This document shows positions 1 through 8,382 of a DNA stretch of 57,660 bases, in pieces. Made by a program: the position numbers and the translations under genes. This stretch comes from an uncultured virus (IMG/VR IMGVR_UViG_3300024302_000003). Its lineage: Duplodnaviria > Heunggongvirae > Uroviricota > Caudoviricetes. The DNA lies in the IMG/VR virus record IMGVR_UViG_3300024302_000003; one strand, given 5' to 3'. Numbering within the stretch: the first letter of the stretch is position 1; each line of letters starts with the position of its first letter. Under the pieces are notes generated by a model, which worked only from the letters and a program-made list of their open reading frames with translations, had not been told where the DNA came from and did no database searches.

Positions 1-108
1 ACTTGTGAAATTTGTGGGACGGATAAAGACGCTGACGAAGTTAAACTTCGTGGAAACAAATGGTACTCAACCCATTGTAAAAAATGTTGGGAGAAAACAA
101 ATGACTAA
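1..108 (+). CDS. 5'-truncated small Zn-finger protein (CxxC...CxxC)
   Basis: Frame 1 reads TCEICGTDKDADEVKLRGNKWYSTHCKKCWEKTND* and overlaps the next ATG at 101; not in the ORF track. Confidence 0.6.
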   Translation, partial: TCEICGTDKDADEVKLRGNKWYSTHCKKCWEKTND

Positions 109-736
109 AACAGAAAACACAGACCCAACGGGCAACTACTCATCAGGCGACCGCTCCACGGGATTTTACTCATCAGGCGACCGCTCCACGGGGCATTACT
201 CATCGGGAAACCACTCATCAGGCGACCACTCATCGGGAAACCACTCATCAGGCGACCACTCATCGGGCGACCGCTCCACGGGAATTTACTCATCAGGCGA
301 CCGCTCCACGGGAATTTACTCATCAGGCGAGCGCTCCACGGGGCATTGGAGCATTTCCAATTTCTCGACTGGACACTTTAGCACCATCGATTATGCAGGC
401 TTTGGTGCTTTCAATAAGCCCTGCACAGTTGAAAAGTGGGCAGATGCGCACAAACCACATTTCCTTTTCCGCATATCCCCAACAAGGTGGATAGCAGAAA
501 ATGAAATGACAGCCAACGAAAAGCAGGGAACCCCTTCTCACAAGACCACAGGCGGTTATCTCAAAACCATATCCATGCAAGAGGCATGGGCAACGGCTTG
601 GGCAGAAAGGGGGGAGCATGACCTTGAATTGCTCAAAGCACTTCCAAACTTTGATGCTAATGTCTTCAAAGAGATTTCGGGCATTGATATTACTAAAAAC
701 ATCTGCCCATGTTGTGGGCAGGAGAAAGATAAATGA
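101..736 (+). CDS. Phage pentapeptide-repeat protein
   Basis: 14 G-x-x-S-S/T repeats followed by FNKP, TTGGYLK and LPNFD..FKEISGI motifs typical of this phage family; ATG 101 follows GGGAG. Confidence 0.75.
   Translation: MTKTENTDPTGNYSSGDRSTGFYSSGDRSTGHYSSGNHSSGDHSSGNHSSGDHSSGDRSTGIYSSGDRSTGIYSSGERSTGHWSISNFSTGHFSTIDYAGFGAFNKPCTVEKWADAHKPHFLFRISPTRWIAENEMTANEKQGTPSHKTTGGYLKTISMQEAWATAWAERGEHDLELLKALPNFDANVFKEISGIDITKNICPCCGQEKDK
131..340 (+). repeat. 14 x 15-bp coding tandem repeat with partial 30-bp higher-order period
   Basis: Units such as ggcgaccgctccacg and ggaatttactcatca encode GDRST and GIYSS. Confidence 0.95.
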
Positions 737-984
737 GCGGCGGCGAATTCGATTACCAAAACCACGCTATCGGCATTGTCAGTAAAGCGATAACAGATGA
801 AGTTGAGGTCAGCGAAAGGGGCTATTCAGACGCAACAAGGTTTGAACTGGTGCGGATAGCGCGACTGCTTGCGACCTTGGATGACCTTGTGCACCATGCT
901 GACCTTTTCTACTCTTGTGATATCAGCGAGGAAACTTTCCTTTCGAGGTGCAAGAATTCATGGAACGAAACGGAGGTAAACTAA
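733..984 (+). CDS. Hypothetical phage protein (MSGGxFDY N-terminus)
   Basis: ATGA overlap with upstream stop; GGAG upstream. Confidence 0.7.
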   Translation: MSGGEFDYQNHAIGIVSKAITDEVEVSERGYSDATRFELVRIARLLATLDDLVHHADLFYSCDISEETFLSRCKNSWNETEVN

Positions 985-985
985 A

Positions 986-1342
986 ATGACTAACACAGCA
1001 TACATAATTGCCCTAATGGGAAAAGAAGTAGATTCCCCTATAATTACAGAGATACAAGAAGTCCACGAGGACAAGAAACAGGCACTAAAAGCCTTAGAAG
1101 TCTTTAGCGAAGACTTGGAGATGATGGATAATTATTGTCCAGAACTAGAATGGTTTGAATTAATCGAAGTTCCTTTTCAATTGTCAATCCCATCGCAAGG
1201 TATCCAACAGGAAAAGGTAGACCATTGGACTGGAAAGGAAGATGGGGATAACACAGGTTGGTGCATTGAGTGCAAGAACCACATCAAAGACATGGGACAT
1301 AAAATGGATTGTTCCCGAAACCCAAAAAACAGAGGAAACTAA
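986..1342 (+). CDS. Hypothetical protein with C-terminal Cys/His cluster
   Basis: GGAGGT SD; CIEC...H..DC. Confidence 0.7.
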   Translation: MTNTAYIIALMGKEVDSPIITEIQEVHEDKKQALKALEVFSEDLEMMDNYCPELEWFELIEVPFQLSIPSQGIQQEKVDHWTGKEDGDNTGWCIECKNHIKDMGHKMDCSRNPKNRGN

Positions 1343-1386
1343 AATGAACGATATTGACCCGATAGAACTAAACAAGTTAAAAGATC

Positions 1387-1674
1387 ATGAATAGATACCC
1401 CCCACGAGCCTTTGATGAGGCAATTGATAAACTACCTAAACATATGCGCCTTGGCGTAAAATTATGGATAGAGGAAGGTGTGCCTGGCGGGCACTTCCTC
1501 ATGGCCGTGATGGCTAACGATTTTAAAGAGGTCTTTATGAGGGCGGATAAGACGAATTTAGCTGTCTTGGCTGATTGGGTTAACTTTCTACAGAACCATG
1601 CTCCTATAGGGTGTCAGGGTAATAGGGAGAAAATTAAAGCTTGGAAAGGTTTGATGAATCCAGTTGATACTTGA
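1387..1674 (+). CDS. Hypothetical phage protein
   Basis: 95-aa ORF in a co-oriented run; GGHFLMAVMAND...RADKTN...APIGC. Confidence 0.65.
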   Translation: MNRYPPRAFDEAIDKLPKHMRLGVKLWIEEGVPGGHFLMAVMANDFKEVFMRADKTNLAVLADWVNFLQNHAPIGCQGNREKIKAWKGLMNPVDT

Positions 1675-1686
1675 TATAATGCCTAC

Positions 1687-1911
1687 ATGGAACATAATGC
1701 ACTAGGTAAGATGCTTGCGAAGACTGAAGAAACAGCCCAGCGTAAGCTGAATGAGAAGATCGCTCCTCCGTCCGACAAAACCCTTAAGGAATACTTAATA
1801 GAATGTTGGATGGAAGGATATCTTGCTGGGAAAGAAGGCGATGATTCTATGAATCTAGCTACTATTGAGTGCATCGAAAAAAAAGTAATGCGGATGTTTG
1901 CCGATGTCTAA
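1687..1911 (+). CDS. Hypothetical protein
   Basis: TATAAT (1675-1680) lies 6 nt before the ATG. Confidence 0.65.
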   Translation: MEHNALGKMLAKTEETAQRKLNEKIAPPSDKTLKEYLIECWMEGYLAGKEGDDSMNLATIECIEKKVMRMFADV

Positions 1912-2176
1912 TATAACTTTTGAAAAGGCTTGGCATATTTTTACAGGCATTACAAAGACAGATAAAGCCTATGTATATAAGGACTTAGCTCGAAATCGCT
2001 GGCTGGCCGCCGGTCTCCCTATAGCTGAGACACAAGAAGATAAGTTAAATTTTGTCATCGAACATCTTGAATACCTCGCAAGAAAGTCGTATACTCCAGA
2101 TAATGGATTAACTCGATCCATTGAAACCTTAAAGGATTTACAATGTTCGAAGATGACAAATACAACGAAAGAATAG
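1904..2176 (+). CDS. Hypothetical protein
   Basis: ATG 1904 overlaps the upstream gene end. Confidence 0.6.
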   Translation: MSNITFEKAWHIFTGITKTDKAYVYKDLARNRWLAAGLPIAETQEDKLNFVIEHLEYLARKSYTPDNGLTRSIETLKDLQCSKMTNTTKE

Positions 2177-2589
2177 CAAAAGCTGGGCTTAAAGCAGAAC
2201 TAGAAATAGGCCTTACAGGAGAAATTTCTAACAAGAACGCAGCTGAACTAGACGATGTTGTCGCTATAATGATTACAAAAGTTCTTAAAGAAGACAAAGC
2301 GCTACATATGTTAGAGCCAAAGGAGATACGCCTTTTAAAGCGCACGAGAGGCTTCCTTATGGAGAACGCCGGCACCACAGAAGCTATTCCTAACATGACA
2401 GAAGTAGCGCAGATTCTTAAAGATTACCTATTAAAGATAGCCTATCTCTGTTCAGAGAATGATGCCGATGAAGCTTTTGATGAGCTTTATGAAGAAATAG
2501 AAAACTTTAATGATGAAAGTATAGAGAACGATCCTTATAAAGAAACAGATCCTTACAAAGAAACAGACCCTTACAAAGAAACAGATTGA
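2143..2589 (+). CDS. Hypothetical acidic protein ending in (DPYKET)x3
   Basis: 148-aa ORF in a tightly packed run. Confidence 0.65.
   Translation: MFEDDKYNERIAKAGLKAELEIGLTGEISNKNAAELDDVVAIMITKVLKEDKALHMLEPKEIRLLKRTRGFLMENAGTTEAIPNMTEVAQILKDYLLKIAYLCSENDADEAFDELYEEIENFNDESIENDPYKETDPYKETDPYKETD
2530..2586 (+). repeat. 3 x 18-bp coding tandem repeat
   Basis: gatccttataaagaaaca, gatccttacaaagaaaca, gacccttacaaagaaaca. Confidence 0.95.
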
Positions 2590-2852
2590 TGAACATAGAA
2601 GATAAAGACTTAACGCTTAGCATTAGGCGCTACTATAAGACTGGATGGAACATTGCGTTCTTCCAGTCTATAAAAGAGTTTAAAGACTCTCTACGCTGTG
2701 ATGAGAAATCCATGGCATATCTTAAAGCAGAGTTAGGTGGATTAGATGGTGAGTGCGATGACTCGTACTCATTTGATGACTTTCTAGAGGCCTACTGCCG
2801 TAAGTGCCGTAAATACGAAGTAACATTTGGTTATATCCCAGAGGAAGAATAA
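2589..2852 (+). CDS. Hypothetical protein
   Basis: TGATG stop/start overlap. Confidence 0.65.
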   Translation: MNIEDKDLTLSIRRYYKTGWNIAFFQSIKEFKDSLRCDEKSMAYLKAELGGLDGECDDSYSFDDFLEAYCRKCRKYEVTFGYIPEEE

Positions 2853-3115
2853 TGACAGAAGAGATGACTTGTATTGTATGTGGGCAAGAATGTGACCCTA
2901 TAGAAGATGTAAATCTATGCGATATGATGGAAGCGCTAATATGCGCAAATAAATATTTAACATGCTGTAATTGTTTTCAATATGTAGATACGAGTACCGA
3001 CGCAAGGTACCGTTTGCGCTGGCGTAAGCATTTTAAAGAGATAGATAATGGCTATCGCCCTGTTGATGAAGAAAGACTTCGTATGGTTAAAGATCTCTAT
3101 GATTCTTGTTGGTAA
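2852..3115 (+). CDS. Hypothetical Cys-rich (Zn-binding) protein
   Basis: TAATG overlap; CxxC and CCxC motifs. Confidence 0.65.
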   Translation: MTEEMTCIVCGQECDPIEDVNLCDMMEALICANKYLTCCNCFQYVDTSTDARYRLRWRKHFKEIDNGYRPVDEERLRMVKDLYDSCW

Positions 3116-3146
3116 GTAACATAGACGAGTTTATTGTTCATAAAAT

Positions 3147-3182
3147 GAGCGCCTTAGATTTTATCTAGGGCGTTTATTTTTT
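3147..3182. terminator. Intrinsic terminator between convergent genes
   Basis: gagcgccttagat-ttt-atctagggcgttt hairpin followed by a T-rich run. Confidence 0.75.
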
Positions 3183-4349
3183 CTTTTTAGATAAACCTCT
3201 CTTCAGAGCTAGCGCCCCCAAGCCTAGCCCGGCGACTGCCCCTCCACGAAGAAAGAGGTTAGAGCGTTTAGCTTTTCTAAGTTGATCTAAAACAGCTTTT
3301 TTATTGCTAACGCCTTTTATCTTATAATTGGAATTAAATAAAGCTTGCGTTGGTAATGCATTGGTAGTCTTTACCCCTCTACCAGTAGCCTTAGTAATAG
3401 CGGCTGGCAAGGTCCCACAGTGCTGTCCTGATGCATCACATACAGATACTTTTTTAGCTTTTCTTCTGAATGTAGGCAGTAGTACATTTTTTACACCGTC
3501 CATAACAGCTTTTCGTGTATCGTATACTGATCCAGCAAGCCTTTTTCCAGTCCTTGAAACTGCTTCTTGTTCAGCTTTAGTCAAAGCTTTTTTTGGTGTT
3601 AATGCTATGAAAGGTGTTGCCTGTGATAGCTTTAAAGGCGATATTGCTCCTTTACTAAAGCGAGTAGGCCGCTTCTTAAAACGCTCCTCTAGGTTTTTAA
3701 AATGTTCATACGATTTTTGCTTGTAATCAGCTTTGAAGATTTCTTTATAATCCTTAGCTAAGGTTTTCTCTACTCCCGATAAGGTTTCTTTGCCACCTCT
3801 TGTATAGGATTTAATGGCCTTTACACGCGAGGGGTCTACCTTATATACTTTTGCAAGCTCTTCTCGATATTTATTTGTTTCTATATGTATTCCTTTCCTT
3901 AGTTTAGACTTAGAAGCTATATGGTCAGGCCTAATTCTATCGCTTAATAAATGCTTAGATGTTTCGCTATACGGAGACTGTCCACCTCCTAGCATACCTC
4001 CTTTAACCCGCACCTCAGCGTGGCGTAGACCTAAACCGCTTGCCGTGGCAGCCCCTTCCCCCATTATTCTAGGTCCGTCTTTCATTAAATCTTTAAGAGC
4101 TGATACGCGTGGCTTAAAGCCTCCTTTTTTACCTATTATTTCTTTTAGATAGTTACGTTCATTGGCTGGTCTGCCTTGTAAAAATATATCTCCTACTTTA
4201 GAGGTCTTTAGCAGTTTCTTATGCTTTATCCTTGGCGCGGCTTTTACCGCTTTTTCTACTTTGCCTGCATCTCGGATATATTGCACCAGCGAGGCTCCGG
4301 GTAACGCTGCTCCAGCCGCAAATGCTCCTGTGTCTTTAAAATCAACCAT
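3174..4349 (-). CDS. Basic protein with probable permuted papain-like (NlpC/P60, YiiX/YebB-type) domain; possible virion protein
   Basis: Motif order VGDIFL...HAE...GSVYD...HCGTL (His before Cys); Gly/Ala hydrophobic termini and a Lys-rich tail. Confidence 0.55.
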   Translation of the reverse strand: MVDFKDTGAFAAGAALPGASLVQYIRDAGKVEKAVKAAPRIKHKKLLKTSKVGDIFLQGRPANERNYLKEIIGKKGGFKPRVSALKDLMKDGPRIMGEGAATASGLGLRHAEVRVKGGMLGGGQSPYSETSKHLLSDRIRPDHIASKSKLRKGIHIETNKYREELAKVYKVDPSRVKAIKSYTRGGKETLSGVEKTLAKDYKEIFKADYKQKSYEHFKNLEERFKKRPTRFSKGAISPLKLSQATPFIALTPKKALTKAEQEAVSRTGKRLAGSVYDTRKAVMDGVKNVLLPTFRRKAKKVSVCDASGQHCGTLPAAITKATGRGVKTTNALPTQALFNSNYKIKGVSNKKAVLDQLRKAKRSNLFLRGGAVAGLGLGALALKRGLSKKKK

Positions 4350-4350
4350 G

Positions 4351-4380
4351 TTAAATTATAACACCTTTTTTTGGTATAAA
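4351..4380 (+). promoter_or_regulatory. Promoter-like motif TTAAA-N17-GGTATAAA; overlaps a divergent TATAAT for 3174-4349
   Basis: Same motif as the copies at 27.3-32 kb; ATG 5 nt downstream. Confidence 0.6.
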
Positions 4381-4385
4381 CTAAT

Positions 4386-4760
4386 ATGACAAAAAACCTA
4401 AGAAAGTTAAGAAGGACAGTCCTAGAGAGAGTACGAGGTGAAAATGTCCTCGTAGTTGGGGGCTTCCTTGGAGCAGTCTCTGCTGTGTATGATGCACTGC
4501 ATAAGGTCGTAGGCGAAGGCCTATATGGCCTTTGCTACACCACCTTAAAAGGGCGCCCAGTCTGGGTCAATAGCGGCTTGAGTGAGTACGATACAGTACT
4601 CACATGCTTGCATGAGGTAACTCATGCAAGCATCGCCGAAAGCGACCTCGACCTCGCCCTCGAAGAGGAAGAGGAATTATGCGATAGCGTGGCTGAATAT
4701 GTCTATAACCATAGGCGGTTCAGGCTCAGAGATCGTAAATACATACTCTCACTATTTTAA
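4386..4760 (+). CDS. Small HExxH metallopeptidase-like protein (IrrE/ImmA-like)
   Basis: VWVNSGL...TCLHEVTHA...EEELCD. Confidence 0.65.
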   Translation: MTKNLRKLRRTVLERVRGENVLVVGGFLGAVSAVYDALHKVVGEGLYGLCYTTLKGRPVWVNSGLSEYDTVLTCLHEVTHASIAESDLDLALEEEEELCDSVAEYVYNHRRFRLRDRKYILSLF

Positions 4761-4780
4761 ATAGTGAGGGTTTCTTTTTT
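4745..4780 (+). terminator. Intrinsic terminator
   Basis: actctcactatt/aatagtgagggt stem followed by a T-run. Confidence 0.7.
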
Positions 4781-4814
4781 GTTAATCTTTTTTTATTAAC
4801 GGGCATAAAGACTT

Positions 4815-4982
4815 ATGAAGCCAGCATTCTTTCTTTATGTGCTTTGCCCTACCCTTCTTTTTTGGGGTTACTTCATAGCACCTTACTTAGGATACCTTAC
4901 ATGGTTCCTAGCGCTCATTCTGTGGGCGCTTTTCTTCACCGCAGACATTACAATGATGTTCAAAAATGACAAACGTAAATAA
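4815..4982 (+). CDS. 55-aa two-TM membrane protein (below the ORF-track cutoff)
   Basis: MKPAFFLYVLCPTLLFWGYFIAPYLGYLTWFLALILWALFFTADITMMFKNDKRK; GGCATAAA 5 nt before the ATG. Confidence 0.65.
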   Translation: MKPAFFLYVLCPTLLFWGYFIAPYLGYLTWFLALILWALFFTADITMMFKNDKRK

Positions 4983-5325
4983 TAACCTACTCCTCGATAA
5001 AATTCTAACAGAAGTTGCTGATGCTATTAGCACTGTTCGGGATGAGCTTGATAGCATTCAAGACGAGCTAAAAGACGCAGTACATGAAACAGAAACTATC
5101 CCCTGCCCAATATGTGATATCTCTGCAGATGAAATTATACAGACACCGGCAGGCGAGAAGATGTACGATATAGGGGACACAGGGCATATCCAATCCTTTG
5201 ATGGATATACCTGGCATGTACAGATAGAGGATACGAGTAAAACAACAAAAATACTGGAATTATCGCGCCGTGATGCTAAGATGCTTGCTAAGCAACTAAC
5301 GCTTGCTTTAGCAGAAAGTGACTGA
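4966..5325 (+). CDS. Hypothetical protein (coiled coil plus CPIC)
   Basis: 119-aa ORF overlapping its neighbours. Confidence 0.65.
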   Translation: MTNVNNNLLLDKILTEVADAISTVRDELDSIQDELKDAVHETETIPCPICDISADEIIQTPAGEKMYDIGDTGHIQSFDGYTWHVQIEDTSKTTKILELSRRDAKMLAKQLTLALAESD

Positions 5326-5647
5326 TTTCGATACTAGAGACGAACTGTATAAAAGACAAGATAGGGAAGAGGAACTTAAACGAGTTTCCTTCCCTGTCAC
5401 AGAATATAATATGAACGATACAATAAAAATACATGTACCCAGCTCTTGCACGCAGTGCGAGGCTATCCAAGAACTAATAACCTTCTGTCTTAATAACAAA
5501 GATCGATGGGGGGATTCAGAAGAATCTTTCCGTCACATATCTTGGGCAGTAGACAAATCAAAGGAGTTCCTCACGCATGCTGAGGAAACTTTTAAACAAG
5601 CTCAACCAAGAATAATAGATGTCAAGTACTGGACAACAGATAGATAA
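5318..5647 (+). CDS. Hypothetical protein
   Basis: GTG start overlapping the upstream gene end; CTQC. Confidence 0.6.
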   Translation: MTDFDTRDELYKRQDREEELKRVSFPVTEYNMNDTIKIHVPSSCTQCEAIQELITFCLNNKDRWGDSEESFRHISWAVDKSKEFLTHAEETFKQAQPRIIDVKYWTTDR

Positions 5648-7112
5648 ACAAACCACCACTAAGCCTAAAGAGTCGATTATTAATATTACTCCAGAAGCCT
5701 CTTCTTTATGGAAAGGTTTAGGGGGGCACTTCGATGACTTCTCCCAAATACTATGTGAATTTATTGATAATAGTATTGCTAGTTTCCCCCCTGGCTGGAG
5801 GAATAGAAATATTTACATTACTTTAAAGCCAGAGCTTCAGACTAGTGTGCATGTAGAGATAGTAGATAACGGACCAGGTATAGTAGATTTAGAATCCGCT
5901 TTTACTATAGGCAAAAAAGACGAGAAGGCTTCCCTGCTAAATGAGCATGGCTTTGGTCTAAAACATGCCTTAGCTACAGCTAACCCTGCTAATGATTCAT
6001 GGAGCGTGAAAACACGTTTAGTAGGTGAGGATACGTTTCATAGAATGATATCAGCTCCTTTTGATTTTACTATGAGCGTAGAGCATCACTTGATAGATAA
6101 TCTTGTTCTCCCTGCGAGTGGAACAGCTGTTTCTTTTACATGCACGCGTTACTTGTTCGATTCGTTAAAAGCTAGAAAAGACAACAACCTTGATGCAACC
6201 GTAAAGCTTCTGATCGAGGATTTAGGATATATCTATGCAGGCGTCCTAGATAAAGGACAATGCTCTATCCTTGTTAATAATTTAGATAATGAGTTTGGCT
6301 TCGTTAGCGTACCTGCCGTTAAGCCCAAGTGGGCAGATATGTACAATCCTGGGCAAAACGTAATCCCTTATGACCTAGGTGATGGCAAAATAAATATCGA
6401 GTATGCTTTCGGTAAAATGCGCCCTGCTGAATACAAGCGCCACTATGGGACAAATATGCGAGATGCTGGTATAGAGATTAGGATTAATGGACGTATTATA
6501 GAAAAAGGCTTAATAGCTAAGATATGGGAGCTAACAACTCATCCTAATCAAAACTCTTTCTTAGGTGTGATTAATTTGATCACCAAAGATAAAAAAGCAT
6601 TACCTAAAACAAGAACATCTAAGAATGGCTTTAGAACAGGCGATCTTAAATTAAAACGCCTCTTTAATTGGATACGTACAACTTTTCCAAAGATACCTAA
6701 GAATACTGTAGGTAATCTAAGCGAGAAACAATTAGTGAAAGAACTGGCTACATTGAAAGAAACACATCTACGCGCTGCCGACAAACATGTCGAGACAGAA
6801 TTTAGTGTATTTTCAGAGATACTCTCTAACCCATTAGCAGATCTTTATGTGTACGATGGTGCAGAGGTAATAATATATGAAGCTAAGAAATACTCTGCTT
6901 CAGTGCAGGATTTTTATCAGCTTATTATGTATTGGGATGGTCTGGTATCTGATGGGATTAAACCTAATGAAGGTGTCTTGCTAGCACCGCAACATGTAAA
7001 AGGTCTTTCTTTAATTCTAGGCAATTACAACAGTCGCTTGGACGCTAATGGTAATAACTATAACTTCGTACTTAAAACATGGGAAGACGAAGGCATAGAG
7101 CTTCTTGATTAA
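5619..7112 (+). CDS. GHKL (MORC/HATPase_c_3-like) ATPase fused to a C-terminal PD-(D/E)xK nuclease
   Basis: EFIDNS, DNGPGI, HGFGLK and SGT GHKL boxes; C-terminal ADLYV...YEAKK...QLIMY. Confidence 0.8.
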   Translation: MSSTGQQIDKQTTTKPKESIINITPEASSLWKGLGGHFDDFSQILCEFIDNSIASFPPGWRNRNIYITLKPELQTSVHVEIVDNGPGIVDLESAFTIGKKDEKASLLNEHGFGLKHALATANPANDSWSVKTRLVGEDTFHRMISAPFDFTMSVEHHLIDNLVLPASGTAVSFTCTRYLFDSLKARKDNNLDATVKLLIEDLGYIYAGVLDKGQCSILVNNLDNEFGFVSVPAVKPKWADMYNPGQNVIPYDLGDGKINIEYAFGKMRPAEYKRHYGTNMRDAGIEIRINGRIIEKGLIAKIWELTTHPNQNSFLGVINLITKDKKALPKTRTSKNGFRTGDLKLKRLFNWIRTTFPKIPKNTVGNLSEKQLVKELATLKETHLRAADKHVETEFSVFSEILSNPLADLYVYDGAEVIIYEAKKYSASVQDFYQLIMYWDGLVSDGIKPNEGVLLAPQHVKGLSLILGNYNSRLDANGNNYNFVLKTWEDEGIELLD

Positions 7113-7120
7113 GACTACCT

Positions 7121-7149
7121 AGGGGGTATAAACGTATACCCCCTTTTTA
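7121..7149 (+). terminator. Intrinsic terminator
   Basis: agggggtata-aacg-tataccccct followed by tttt. Confidence 0.8.
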
Positions 7150-7152
7150 CTT

Positions 7153-7365
7153 ATGCTTACACTACACAAATTAGACGATAACAAAGATTTTGTATATAGA
7201 AATAATATATATCTAGGTGACTTAGTTCATTTAGGTGCTGGTAAGTATTTTACCTTCTTTGATACTTCAAGAGTTGATACGCCTCAGCAAACTTTTGATT
7301 CCCGTGAAGCCGCTTTAAAGCACTTCGAAACCGCTAATTACATAAATACATCATGGCGAACATAG
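7153..7365 (+). CDS. Hypothetical protein
   Basis: 70-aa ORF at the start of a + run. Confidence 0.55.
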   Translation: MLTLHKLDDNKDFVYRNNIYLGDLVHLGAGKYFTFFDTSRVDTPQQTFDSREAALKHFETANYINTSWRT

Positions 7366-7796
7366 TCACTTCAAGGCTTTGTATTGTAGCTGATACAAAA
7401 ACTCTTACAGATATTATCTCTACACACGAACCAGACGGATCTGATATTAACCCTCTTACATTAGGGGGTATATGGGAGGATATTAAAGATGGTTCAATAC
7501 CCGAAGTTATGACAGCAGACAGTGAAGAGCTGCCTTATCTTATAAAGGAAGGAATCCTTGAACTTGGTTTGACATGTCAAAATGGGCCTCCTACAGAATG
7601 GGCGGGTAAAGTGGCAAAAAAGTATCCTAATGTATATATAATATTATCTGGAGATTATGATGAAGGGTTCACTGAAATTGAGGTATACCATGGCAAAGAA
7701 ACCGCAATTACACAGTACGAGATAGACCATGATGATTGCGAGGAAGACTTTGAAGAGGTTTTCGAAGGGTTCATAAAGGAGTGCAAAAATGGCTAA
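7353..7796 (+). CDS. DUF1281/YubB ferredoxin-like protein, divergent paralog 1
   Basis: MANIVTSRLCI...TCQNGPPTEWAGKVAKKYPNVYIIL resembles the next gene. Confidence 0.55.
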   Translation: MANIVTSRLCIVADTKTLTDIISTHEPDGSDINPLTLGGIWEDIKDGSIPEVMTADSEELPYLIKEGILELGLTCQNGPPTEWAGKVAKKYPNVYIILSGDYDEGFTEIEVYHGKETAITQYEIDHDDCEEDFEEVFEGFIKECKNG

Positions 7797-8346
7797 TTAC
7801 GTTTCAGCAACGATACACGTTCATGGACCACCAGAGGAAATTTCCGCCTTTATAGAGAAGTCTGTGTCAAAAGCAGATGGAACATATGACGTAATCTGCT
7901 TAGGCGGCTTATATAGTAAATTTAGAGGGGGTATAGCTAGGCTATGGGATCCGTCTCCACCTACCTTTCAAGAACTGCGTAAAGACACAGAAAAAACCTC
8001 TTTCTCAGTCAGCTGTGAATGCGCTTGGAGCGCTCCGCACTGCTGGCTGATAGATGTCTCCACTGCCTACCCTAAGATCTTTTTCATCTTACAAGAAGAT
8101 TCGATAGAGAATGATTACTTAGGAGTAACCGCTTACCAGGGTGGTGTTATACGTTACGAGCAAGGGAAGGAATTCAATTGCCCTGAATTCATAATAAACG
8201 ATAAAGGTGAGAATATCTCAGAAGCACGATGGGAGGAAGGAGATTACTGGGATGATTGTGATATCGATTGTGAAGCATTCTCGGGTTGGCTTTGGGAGCA
8301 CATTGAGCAAGCCCTTCAACACTACACGCAAACTTTGAACGTATAA
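7789..8346 (+). CDS. DUF1281/YubB ferredoxin-like protein, paralog 2
   Basis: MANYVSATIHVHG..EEISAF...CAWSAPHCWL..VSTAYPKIFFIL; AAGGAG SD. Confidence 0.6.
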   Translation: MANYVSATIHVHGPPEEISAFIEKSVSKADGTYDVICLGGLYSKFRGGIARLWDPSPPTFQELRKDTEKTSFSVSCECAWSAPHCWLIDVSTAYPKIFFILQEDSIENDYLGVTAYQGGVIRYEQGKEFNCPEFIINDKGENISEARWEEGDYWDDCDIDCEAFSGWLWEHIEQALQHYTQTLNV

Positions 8347-8382
8347 AAAAGAGCCTAGGGGTTAACCTTAGGCTCTTTTTTT
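8345..8382. terminator. Bidirectional intrinsic terminator
   Basis: aaaaaagagcctagggg-ttaa-ccttaggctctttttt between convergent genes. Confidence 0.85.

Noticed and set aside
105..323. Repetitive minus-strand ORF (MSGRL repeats)
   Set aside because: Reverse complement of the pentapeptide array
131..340. Possible CRISPR array
   Set aside because: Contiguous 15-bp coding repeats without unique spacers; no cas genes seen
7125..7132. GGTATAAA as another promoter copy
   Set aside because: Lies inside the terminator stem-loop and lacks the TAAA element; a dual role is not excluded
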